Virus record (IMG/VR): IMGVR_UViG_3300049491_000401
Span: 1-50,753 of that record
Source of the DNA: a virus
Lineage: Duplodnaviria > Caudoviricetes
Strand: one strand, 5' to 3'
DNA: 50,753 nucleotides
Shown: positions 7,712 to 15,599 of the stretch, piece after piece
Numbering within the stretch: the first letter of the stretch is position 1
How the letters are laid out: each line of letters begins with the position of its first letter
The notes under the pieces: generated by a model
What the model was told of the DNA's origin: nothing
What the model saw: the letters and a program-made list of their open reading frames with translations, nothing else
Databases searched by the model: none
Program-made: the position numbers and the translations under genes

Positions 7712-8179
7712 ATGAGTTGGACAGAGGAGCGAGTCGATCTCGCAAAACAGCTTTGGCGGGAGGGTATTTCCGCCTCTCAGATCGCGCTCAAGGTCAGCGG
7801 CAAGGACAAGACGTTCACACGCAACGCCGTCATCGAAAAGATGCTGCAGCTCAAACGGGCAGAGCGGGCCAGCGCGCCGCGCCGCCGCATGAGCAAGCCG
7901 ACGATGCGGTCCCGGCTCGCGGATATTCAGGCAAAGTCATTGCCGCCAATCAACCAGACGCCGCTGGTGACCGACATTATGTCCCTCAAGAATCATCACT
8001 GCCGCTGGCCGATCGGTGACCCACAGGACGACGGTTTTGGCTACTGCGGAGCAACTAAGCACGCGCCGTTCTCGTACTGCGAGCACCACGCGCGGATAGC
8101 GTATGCCCCGCCGCAGGCCATGAAAGAGCGGGCGCATTTCCCGACCGGGCTGCTGCACCGGAAGCTCAAAGCCGCCTGA
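7712..8179 (+). CDS. gcrA: GcrA-like cell-cycle regulator
   Basis: MSWTEERV...LW.EG.SASQIA...TRNAVI and CRWPIGDP...FGYCG...YCEHHARIAY; RBS AGGAGG. Confidence 0.93.
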   Translation: MSWTEERVDLAKQLWREGISASQIALKVSGKDKTFTRNAVIEKMLQLKRAERASAPRRRMSKPTMRSRLADIQAKSLPPINQTPLVTDIMSLKNHHCRWPIGDPQDDGFGYCGATKHAPFSYCEHHARIAYAPPQAMKERAHFPTGLLHRKLKAA

Positions 8180-8204
8180 ATCTTGTCAAATCAAGGAGAC
8201 ACGC

Positions 8205-8549
8205 ATGTCAGCGTTCAAAGGAAAGCCGTTCACCGATGTCCTCGGAGAAATCGAAAACGGAGACCTTCTCCGCGATCTCACCGAGGCGACCTATGAGATG
8301 ATCGCCGCCGTGATGGAAACCCGCAAACCGGGCAAGGTCAAGATCGTTTTGTCGTTCTCGCCGACCGGCAAGGGCACCGTCAATCTCGATGCCGACTACG
8401 ACGCCACGGTGCCCGAGCACGACCGCCCGACAACGACGTTTTTTGTGGGCAAGGACTACTCCCTCCAACGCAACGACCCCGCGCAGCCGCGTCTGCCGCT
8501 GCGCGAGGTTGAAGTTCCCAACAACGACCCCGTGAAGGTCGCTCAATAA
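8205..8549 (+). CDS. Conserved phage protein (usual upstream partner of DUF2303)
   Basis: ETRKPGKVKIVLSF...TFFV..D..LQRNDP.Q; RBS AAGGAG. Confidence 0.75.
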   Translation: MSAFKGKPFTDVLGEIENGDLLRDLTEATYEMIAAVMETRKPGKVKIVLSFSPTGKGTVNLDADYDATVPEHDRPTTTFFVGKDYSLQRNDPAQPRLPLREVEVPNNDPVKVAQ

Positions 8550-8559
8550 GGATTGGTCT

Positions 8560-9372
8560 ATGTCTGATATCAAATCACCCGATATCATCAAAGCGATTTT
8601 TGATCAGGGGCGACTCGCCGCTCCTGTCATCGACAGGCCAGACGGCGGCAAGGTTATCCTCGCGCCCGAGGGCAGTGAGCGCTTCGACATCGAGCCTCGC
8701 GACAAGGAGCTTTTGAGGATCAAGCAGTCGCCGCATGTGCACGATCTCGAGTCCTTCGTCTCCTACGTCACGACGTTCAAGACGAGCGACACACGGATTT
8801 TCGCGGAGCCAGGGCATCTCTCGGTGGACAAGCAGCCAATCATCACGGCGGCGCTGGACTATCACGGCCCCGGCAAACCCGATCATTTGGCGCACCGGAT
8901 CACGTTCCGCCCGCGCTATTCCGAGCCCTGGACACGCTGGTTGCACGCCAAAGGCATGAGCCAGACGGAGTTTGCCGAATTCATCGAGGAGAATCGGGGT
9001 GACATCCGCGTGCCCGAGGCGGCTCAACTGCTCGACATCGTGCGGACCTTCAAAGCCAGCCGAAAGCAGGATTTTGACAGCGTCGTCTATCAACCGAACG
9101 GCGATGTGATGGTCAACTATGCCGAGACCACACAACAGGCCGGCAAAGGCGTTCCTGTGCCGTCTGAACTACAGCTCGGCATCCCCGTCTATTTCCGGGG
9201 AATCGTCTACGCCGTGCCCGTGTTCATGCGCTACAGGCTCGCGGACGGGAAAGTGACGTTCGCTCTCAAGGTCGACCGCGCCGACTACATCGAGGAAGCC
9301 GCCTTCAACGAGATCACGATGAAAATCGGGGAACAGACAGGCGTGCCCGTGCACCTCGGACGGCTGGGCTGA
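8560..9372 (+). CDS. DUF2303 (YfdQ-like) protein
   Basis: ALDYH, SEPWTRW, MSQTEFAEFIEEN, LGIPVY motifs. Confidence 0.8.
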   Translation: MSDIKSPDIIKAIFDQGRLAAPVIDRPDGGKVILAPEGSERFDIEPRDKELLRIKQSPHVHDLESFVSYVTTFKTSDTRIFAEPGHLSVDKQPIITAALDYHGPGKPDHLAHRITFRPRYSEPWTRWLHAKGMSQTEFAEFIEENRGDIRVPEAAQLLDIVRTFKASRKQDFDSVVYQPNGDVMVNYAETTQQAGKGVPVPSELQLGIPVYFRGIVYAVPVFMRYRLADGKVTFALKVDRADYIEEAAFNEITMKIGEQTGVPVHLGRLG

Positions 9373-9378
9373 AACGAC

Positions 9379-9417
9379 AACGGCCCCCACCGGAGGCAAA
9401 TCCATGGGGGCCGTTTT
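9379..9417 (+). terminator. Probable intrinsic terminator
   Basis: AACGGCCCCCA...TGGGGGCCGTT followed by TT. Confidence 0.6.
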
Positions 9418-9504
9418 GAAGTGTGCGAACGCGAAACAAACGCAAACTCTAGTGGTGACTACCATGCACGTCATTCATGACGATTTTTGGGCGAGGTCGG
9501 CCAA

Positions 9505-10380
9505 ATGACAGCCCTCGCTTTCGTTCGCATGTATCCGACCGATTGGCGCTCCGGCTGCCTCGGGCTCTCTCTCGAAGAGGAGGGGCTCTACATGCGAGTC
9601 TGCATGTTCCAAGCAGAGACAGGCCGTCGCGTGCCACTGGACGATAGCCAGGCAGCCCGGATGCTCGGCGGCGTGAACCTCAATCAATATCGCAAGGTGC
9701 TAGGGCAACTGGTTCTCAAGGGAAAGGTGAAGCGACATGAAGACGGTTATGGCAACGACCGCATCGAGCACGAAACGAAGAAGGCACAAGGCGCTGCCGG
9801 GAAGCGTCCCGCCGCGACCGAAAAATACCCCGATCGGGAAGCCGATCAGGACGAAGGACGGGAAGATCATGCGGTTCCCGTAACAGTCACCCCCCCAGCT
9901 ACTAGGGTAGCTGCCCCCCCAGCTACCCCCCCAGTGAAGAACGATTTTGTCGAGCAAAATCAAACTCTCTCTATAGAGCCACGATTAAAGAAAGAAAAAG
10001 TAACCCCCCTACCCCCCAAGGGGGGCGGAACGAATTTCTGGGGTTCGGCTCTCAATCCAAGAATGCACGGCGTCGAGTCGGGTGTGGTTTTCGAACAAGG
10101 ATCGATCGCCCTCGTCAACGGAAACCGGAAATTCTGGGCCGAGCAATTCGACGGCGACGACGGCGCGCTCGATCTTGCGCTCATCGAAGTCAGTGGCCGG
10201 GTGAGACCCAACAGCGGGCGACCCTTGAAAACCCAGGTTGACGCGATCCTCGCTGGAATTGCCAGGGACCGTCGCGACCGGACAGCCCGGTACTGGGAAG
10301 CCGTCGACAGAAACCGTCCAGCCGGACGCAGTCAGCCGAATGCCCTCGATGTCCTCGAAAAAATGTCATTCTCGTCCTGA
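9505..10380 (+). CDS. DUF1376/YdaU-type replication initiator
   Basis: YPTDW...LSLEEEGLY...NDRIEHE N-terminus, TPLPPKGG linker, internal repeats. Confidence 0.75.
   Translation: MTALAFVRMYPTDWRSGCLGLSLEEEGLYMRVCMFQAETGRRVPLDDSQAARMLGGVNLNQYRKVLGQLVLKGKVKRHEDGYGNDRIEHETKKAQGAAGKRPAATEKYPDREADQDEGREDHAVPVTVTPPATRVAAPPATPPVKNDFVEQNQTLSIEPRLKKEKVTPLPPKGGGTNFWGSALNPRMHGVESGVVFEQGSIALVNGNRKFWAEQFDGDDGALDLALIEVSGRVRPNSGRPLKTQVDAILAGIARDRRDRTARYWEAVDRNRPAGRSQPNALDVLEKMSFSS
9889..10005. repeat. Putative origin: CCCCCCAG(CTAC) iterons plus an A-rich tract
   Basis: Three direct copies and the inverted repeat CAGCTAC-TAGG-GTAGCTG inside the initiator gene. Confidence 0.55.
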
Positions 10381-10391
10381 TTTGGAGTTGC

Positions 10392-10979
10392 GTGATGTCC
10401 GACCATGTCAAGCCGTATCTCAACCGCCTCGTGATCCTGTTTGGCCAGCCAAAAACGGACGATGTGACGATGTTTCTCGGCGAATATGCGCGCGTCCTGA
10501 CGCGGTTCAAGCCAGCTGAATTGGAGGCTGGTATTGATCGGCTGGTGACTCAGCATCGCATTCGATCGTTCCCGACGATCGCGGAGTGCTCGAATGCGAT
10601 TATCGAGGCTGCTCAGACAGCGGCCATGCTTAAGCCCCGGCGCCGGGAAGATGCAGAGCCCAAGGGTTGGAGCCCGCGTGACCTGCAAATCGCCGATGTG
10701 CTCTGTCGCAGCGATATGGGCCGTCAAGCCATGAGAGACGGATGGATCGGAGCCTTGCACGAGTTTTGCGCACGGACCGAGCGACTGCCGAGATCGCACG
10801 AGCAATCCGATCTCATCGCAGCATCGAAATACCTCGATCGGTGCGCTAGCGGTCAGGTTGATATGGGCGCGTCACACGCAGCGCTGCTCAAGCTCGCGCA
10901 CAACATGATCGACCGCCGGAACACGATTGCGGAACGGGTGTTTCCCCGTTCCCGCTCGATGGCGGGAGAACGGGAATGA
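10392..10979 (+). CDS. Replication-associated protein (helicase-loader position)
   Basis: Directly after the initiator; FPTIAEC motif. Confidence 0.6.
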   Translation: MMSDHVKPYLNRLVILFGQPKTDDVTMFLGEYARVLTRFKPAELEAGIDRLVTQHRIRSFPTIAECSNAIIEAAQTAAMLKPRRREDAEPKGWSPRDLQIADVLCRSDMGRQAMRDGWIGALHEFCARTERLPRSHEQSDLIAASKYLDRCASGQVDMGASHAALLKLAHNMIDRRNTIAERVFPRSRSMAGERE

Positions 10980-11977
10980 AAAAACTTCGCGTGCTCGATC
11001 TTTTTTCTGGAATCGGCGGATTTTCTCTCGGCCTGGAACGCACGGGCGGGTTTGAAACCGTCGCGTTCTGCGAGATCAACCCTTACGCATCGAAAGTGCT
11101 TCGCAAATGGTGGCCGTCCATTCCGAACTTCAGCCCTGGCATCGTCGCGCTGAACAGCTTGTTGACGAGGGTGCGGATGTCATCACGGCAGGATTCCCGT
11201 GCCAGGATATCTCACTCGCTGGCGCTGGCGCCGGACTTGCCGGAGAACGTTCGGGACTCGTCTGGCCGTTATTACGAACCATTCGCCTGGTTCGACCCAA
11301 AATCGCGTTCCTGGAGAACGTGGCAGCGCTGCTTGGTCGAGGGTTGGGAAGTATTCTCGGGCACTTGGCCGAGGTCGGGTATGATGCGGAGTGGCATTGC
11401 ATACCGGCGTCAGCCCTTGGTGCTCCTCACCAAAGGGACCGCGTCTGGATCATCGTTACCGACGCCATGCGCAACGGACTACGGCACGAACAGAAGCCTA
11501 TCCTCTGGAGCTGCGACCCGACCGAGCTTGCAGATGATGGCGCGTCACGAACTCTGGCCAACACCGATGGCGGCCGACGCGCGAGGCAGCAGCGGAGTGC
11601 CAAGGGCAGGCAAACAGGTCCAACTGGCGGATGCGGTTCGCAGATGGCCGACGCCCAGGGCGTCGGATGGAACACACGGTGGCCGAGTGACGCCGCGCAA
11701 GGGTCGGGAGGGCGGCAACCTCGTGGAAGCCGTGTCAGCCGAGTCATTCGCAACCCCGACCGCCAGTCCCTGGCGGTCGGGGAAAGCATCGCAAGAAACT
11801 CACGACCGGAATTCGCGCCCTCTGTCGGAGCAAATTGGTGGGCTGTTGAACCCGACGTGGGTCGAGTGGTTGATGAACTACCCTCCCGAGTGGACCGCCT
11901 TACCTGTCTCGGCAACGCCGTCGTCCCGGTTATCCCCGAGCTCATCGGCCGCGCGATCCTCAAAGCGGAAAGGATGA
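10976..11977 (+). CDS. C5 cytosine methyltransferase, frame A: motifs I-III joined to PTP repeats and a motif IX-like segment
   Basis: VLDLFSGIGG, FCEINPY, four PTP repeats, LLNPTWVEWLMNYPPEWT. Confidence 0.8.
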   Translation: MKKLRVLDLFSGIGGFSLGLERTGGFETVAFCEINPYASKVLRKWWPSIPNFSPGIVALNSLLTRVRMSSRQDSRARISHSLALAPDLPENVRDSSGRYYEPFAWFDPKSRSWRTWQRCLVEGWEVFSGTWPRSGMMRSGIAYRRQPLVLLTKGTASGSSLPTPCATDYGTNRSLSSGAATRPSLQMMARHELWPTPMAADARGSSGVPRAGKQVQLADAVRRWPTPRASDGTHGGRVTPRKGREGGNLVEAVSAESFATPTASPWRSGKASQETHDRNSRPLSEQIGGLLNPTWVEWLMNYPPEWTALPVSATPSSRLSPSSSAARSSKRKG

Positions 11978-11985
11978 CCCCATGA
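11107..11985 (+). CDS. C5 cytosine methyltransferase, frame B: motifs IV, VI, VIII and X
   Basis: GFPCQDIS, FLENV, PHQRDRVWI, LGNAVVP. Confidence 0.85.
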   Translation: MVAVHSELQPWHRRAEQLVDEGADVITAGFPCQDISLAGAGAGLAGERSGLVWPLLRTIRLVRPKIAFLENVAALLGRGLGSILGHLAEVGYDAEWHCIPASALGAPHQRDRVWIIVTDAMRNGLRHEQKPILWSCDPTELADDGASRTLANTDGGRRARQQRSAKGRQTGPTGGCGSQMADAQGVGWNTRWPSDAAQGSGGRQPRGSRVSRVIRNPDRQSLAVGESIARNSRPEFAPSVGANWWAVEPDVGRVVDELPSRVDRLTCLGNAVVPVIPELIGRAILKAERMTP

Positions 11986-12125
11986 AACGCAACACGCTCC
12001 TATTCGACAAGATCCGCGCCGAGGCCAAGGCCGGAAAGACAGACGCAGAACTATCGAAGATATTCAAACTTCCTGAAATCAACATCGCCGCGATTACGAG
12101 AAAAGTCAGGGAGAAACAAACGTGA
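11982..12125 (+). CDS. Small HTH-like protein (47 aa)
   Basis: Translated by hand; coupled to both neighbours. Confidence 0.5.
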   Translation: MKRNTLLFDKIRAEAKAGKTDAELSKIFKLPEINIAAITRKVREKQT

Positions 12126-12319
12126 CAGTCACCATGTCTCAGCTCGCATCGGGTGAAGGGCGCACCGTGGACCTCGTCATTATGCGTCACGCAGTTCGAG
12201 ACCTTGTGAAATCCGGTCTCGGCTGGGAGGACATCTGGCGGGAAGTGAAAGGCCAATTTCCACCGTCGATATCGGCCGAAGATTTACGGCAATACGTCAT
12301 TCCGAGGCTCAACAAATAG
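12122..12319 (+). CDS. Hypothetical protein
   Basis: GTGA coupling to the upstream gene. Confidence 0.55.
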   Translation: MTVTMSQLASGEGRTVDLVIMRHAVRDLVKSGLGWEDIWREVKGQFPPSISAEDLRQYVIPRLNK

Positions 12320-12371
12320 GACGTTGACCGCTCGGCACCCGTGAATTCAGCGTGAACCAAAAGGACTCAAA

Positions 12372-12548
12372 ATGGCAGGCCACAAAACAGCAGTGAAAAA
12401 CGTCAAGCCAATAACAGACAAGACGACAGGCAAGACGACGCTCAAAGCCACGGCCCGCAAGGGCGAGTCGGTCTCCCGGAAAATCGCCGCCCGTAAATCG
12501 ACGAAGCAGAAAGTCGTGTCTCGCGCCAAGGCGGGGAGGGGAAAGTGA
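12372..12548 (+). CDS. Small Lys/Arg/Thr-rich basic protein (58 aa)
   Basis: MAGHKTAVKNVKPITDKTTGKTTLKATARKG...; RBS AAGGA. Confidence 0.6.
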   Translation: MAGHKTAVKNVKPITDKTTGKTTLKATARKGESVSRKIAARKSTKQKVVSRAKAGRGK

Positions 12549-12865
12549 TCGAAACGGTTCTCTCACGTCTCCGAGGTGCTCATCCCGACATGGAGACCAT
12601 CTTCATGCACGGATCTTGCTTCGAACTCTACGGTGTCATGCGGGCCATTTGGCCGGATTCAGAGCCCTGGTATCAGCCGATAGAGGGGCACGTCTACACG
12701 AAGGTTGGCAGCCACCTTTACGACATACGGGGCAAGCATCGACGGACGACGGTTGGCATGTTCGATCTCCGTAAACCGTTTTCGTCTGACATGCCACACA
12801 GGTGGTCCAAGAGAACGCACTATCGCATACAAAATCAAAGCAAGAGCCTGGAGGCTGCCGCATGA
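12545..12865 (+). CDS. Hypothetical protein
   Basis: GSCFELY...GHVYTK...YDIRG; coupled start. Confidence 0.7.
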   Translation: MIETVLSRLRGAHPDMETIFMHGSCFELYGVMRAIWPDSEPWYQPIEGHVYTKVGSHLYDIRGKHRRTTVGMFDLRKPFSSDMPHRWSKRTHYRIQNQSKSLEAAA

Positions 12866-13149
12866 CCGATGACAAGGAACTGATCGAGAAGGTCGCAATG
12901 CTTCTGGTATCGATAGGGCAGCACGAGAAAAACAGAGCCGCGCGGCTCTCCGTCGAAGCGCACAGCTGCGAGCGAACTGGCGCCTGCCTACGGCAGCCCT
13001 GAATGGGTCGCTCGACAATGGGAAAAATGGGCGGTGAAGTATGCAAATCCGCCACTTCCAAAACCAGACTCGACCCCTTAGAACTGATTCGAATCACCTG
13101 CGTTTCGTTGCTCGCGTCTGTCAATCCAATTTGTGTGGAGACACCCGCC

Positions 13150-13824
13150 ATGAAACGCATGCTGACCTATCTGGCCTTTGGGCTAGCCGCGCTGACCATC
13201 CTCGTGGGGCCGTCGTTTGCCGCTGATCTCGCCAAGCCAGCGGAACCCGCTAAGGCCGCCGAAGTCTTCGCGCCACAGCCGTTTTCCGGCCTCTACATCG
13301 GCGTTCTCGCTGGTCACGCCACCGGCACCACCAACGACGCCGACGGCTTCAAGTTTCCCCGCGACGGATACACCGGCACCGGCCTCATCGGCTACAATCA
13401 TCGTGTCCCGAACGCCTCTCACATCGTCCTGGGAGCCGAAGCGGATCTCGGATTGACCGGCATTTCAGGCGCCACGAACGCGGGTGGGTTTACCGTCACC
13501 GGCACGAACAAGGTTCTCGGCTCCATCCGAGCGCGCGCCGGGTACGCCATGGCCAGCAGCATGATTTACGTCACCGGCGGCCTTGCCATGACAAACGCCA
13601 AGTTGGCGGTCGAGAGCATCGGCAGCGACAGCACCAATCGGCTCAATGGCTACGTGCTCGGTGGCGGTCTCGAAACCGTGCTGCTCGGCAATCTCGGGAT
13701 ACGGATCGAATACCTGCGCTATCAGTGGCGCGATCAGGACTACACCATCGGCGGCGCGAGCACGGGCAAGCTCGGCAGCCACGACGACCACATTCGGGCC
13801 GGTCTTATCGTTCGGCTCAACTGA
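13150..13824 (+). CDS. Omp25/Omp31/RopB-like outer-membrane beta-barrel
   Basis: Signal peptide ending SFA-AD, FSGLYIG..G, GYN..VLGAEAD, GSIRARAGYA, IYVTGGLA, RIEY, HIRAGL. Confidence 0.88.
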   Translation: MKRMLTYLAFGLAALTILVGPSFAADLAKPAEPAKAAEVFAPQPFSGLYIGVLAGHATGTTNDADGFKFPRDGYTGTGLIGYNHRVPNASHIVLGAEADLGLTGISGATNAGGFTVTGTNKVLGSIRARAGYAMASSMIYVTGGLAMTNAKLAVESIGSDSTNRLNGYVLGGGLETVLLGNLGIRIEYLRYQWRDQDYTIGGASTGKLGSHDDHIRAGLIVRLN

Positions 13825-14043
13825 CTACTGAGGGCGGGATAACTCCGCCAGGTGCCGACCGGACATCTGAGTTCAGACAGCAAGAGACGATCGGGCTCGC
13901 CCGCCGTTCTGCATTACGGTCTCATAACCCGTCAATCGTCTCATCTCCGGCAACGTGCAAGCATTTTTCGAGCAGCATGAGCGATGGCGGCGATGTGCTG
14001 TGGATGATTGAGCGCGCAAAGAAGGCGCTGCTCTCAATGACGG

Positions 14044-14310
14044 ATGGATAGCATGGACACCACTGTCATCGCCATGATTGGATTCCTGGTCTCCGGCGAG
14101 ATCCAAGAGGACGTTGTCGGCACGATGCCGTCGGCTCAGTGCGCGGCATTCGCCAAGCGGATCGCCCTCGACGTTCGCGGCCCCCGCAAGGGTCGCCCTA
14201 CGGTCACGCTCAACGACGGTCAGACGGTGCGTGTCGTCGGAGCCGGCTGTCTCCCAGCCTGTAACGCTGACGCTCCCGAGCCCCTGACGCTGCTCAAGGA
14301 TGAGGCCTGA
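14044..14310 (+). CDS. Hypothetical protein
   Basis: ORF directly upstream of the NusG paralogue. Confidence 0.55.
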   Translation: MDSMDTTVIAMIGFLVSGEIQEDVVGTMPSAQCAAFAKRIALDVRGPRKGRPTVTLNDGQTVRVVGAGCLPACNADAPEPLTLLKDEA

Positions 14311-14313
14311 TAC

Positions 14314-14793
14314 ATGATCTGGTATGCCCTCCAAGTTCGCGGTTCTCAGGAATTGGCGATCGCCAACGATCTTCGCGCCGAAGGGCATACGGTGTTCGTT
14401 CCGGTCGAGCGCATCATTCGTGCCGCCCGGAACGCCAAGGGCAAGCTCACGGAGCGCGAAACGATCAAGCCGCTGGTGACGTCCTATGTTTTCTGCGATG
14501 CGCCCTACGTGGCTCACAAGCACGTCTACGGGCCTGTCACGTTCGGGTCTCAGGCCTACGGCATCCCGGACGCAGCAATGACCCCACTCAAGGCCCTCAA
14601 TGGCCGGGATCGGCGAGAAGGCCAACAAGTCGCTGTCTTCACGATTGGCCAGGTGGTCAAGCTCACCGGCGGCTCGTTCGAAGGAAAATCCGTCACCATC
14701 ACCAAGCGCGTCAACGGTAAGGTTGTGGTGCTCATGGACATCATCGGCGGGCCAAGGCGCGTTGTCCTCACTCAAGACCAGATCGCGGCTTGA
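14314..14793 (+). CDS. NusG-family antiterminator (NGN + KOW)
   Basis: WYALQV..GSQE, KPLVTSYVF, IGQVVKLTGGSFEG. Confidence 0.88.
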   Translation: MIWYALQVRGSQELAIANDLRAEGHTVFVPVERIIRAARNAKGKLTERETIKPLVTSYVFCDAPYVAHKHVYGPVTFGSQAYGIPDAAMTPLKALNGRDRREGQQVAVFTIGQVVKLTGGSFEGKSVTITKRVNGKVVVLMDIIGGPRRVVLTQDQIAA

Positions 14794-14946
14794 CGTTCTG
14801 CCGCAAATCAGCCATGCAATAAACATGATTCGGCGCAATGCGCCATCCTTCGGGCGGACCCCCAGCGGTACGAGTTAACGCCGAGCTGGGCGCCTTGGTG
14901 GCTAGGCCACGCAAGCCAGAAACACGCCCAAAACCAGATAGGCTCC

Positions 14947-15171
14947 ATGGACGCGAACAAGCTCGCCGCCACCATCACTGGATTCGTGACATGGGCCATC
15001 GGCAACCCGTTTGGGTTTCTGCTCTGGCTTGTTGGCTGTGTGGCGATCCTGGCTGTATCCGCGACGATCCTCGCCCCATTCGCCCCGCAGTTCATTCGCC
15101 CGGCCGGCGACATCAATAAATGGGTGTATGTGGCTGGATTTCTCGCCCTCATGAAACATGCTGGCCGATGA
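14947..15171 (+). CDS. Small membrane protein (holin candidate)
   Basis: Two to three hydrophobic segments; first gene after the NusG paralogue. Confidence 0.5.
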   Translation: MDANKLAATITGFVTWAIGNPFGFLLWLVGCVAILAVSATILAPFAPQFIRPAGDINKWVYVAGFLALMKHAGR

Positions 15172-15225
15172 ATAGAGTCTATGTGGAGCCCGAATTAAAC
15201 TACATTGCCAGACAGGCCGACCCCA

Positions 15226-15432
15226 ATGGAATTCTGGCTGCTCGATACGCTGCGAAAAATCGAGCGGCAGATGGACGAGATCAAGTCGTCGATCCACGAG
15301 ACCCAAATCTTGCTTCAACGACTGGCCATATTGGCCACACTGTGGGCCGGGGTGGCTACCCTGGGCTACAACAGTCAGGGCGCTCAAGAGCTGCTCGCAG
15401 GAGCCATCAAAGCCGCGCTCAGACTGCCATAA
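15226..15432 (+). CDS. Small coiled-coil/membrane protein
   Basis: Coiled coil followed by a hydrophobic helix. Confidence 0.5.
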   Translation: MEFWLLDTLRKIERQMDEIKSSIHETQILLQRLAILATLWAGVATLGYNSQGAQELLAGAIKAALRLP

Positions 15433-15599
15433 CATGGGGCTGTCACGCCGCTAAAATCGCAGGCGCTGGTTTCGTCAGCTTCATCATCGTCGGCGCCGTC
15501 CTGATCGTGCGCGCCGGCTGAGAATTCCCCGCGGCGCCAGTGTCCAGCGCACGGCCGCTCATCTCTAGTGCCCCGAGTCAAAACGACAGGAGGCGATTA

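Noticed and set aside
13099-13118. Shared late-promoter motif with 45166-45187 (GCGT..CGTTGC...TCGCGTC)
   Set aside because: Only two loose copies with different spacing; not enough support
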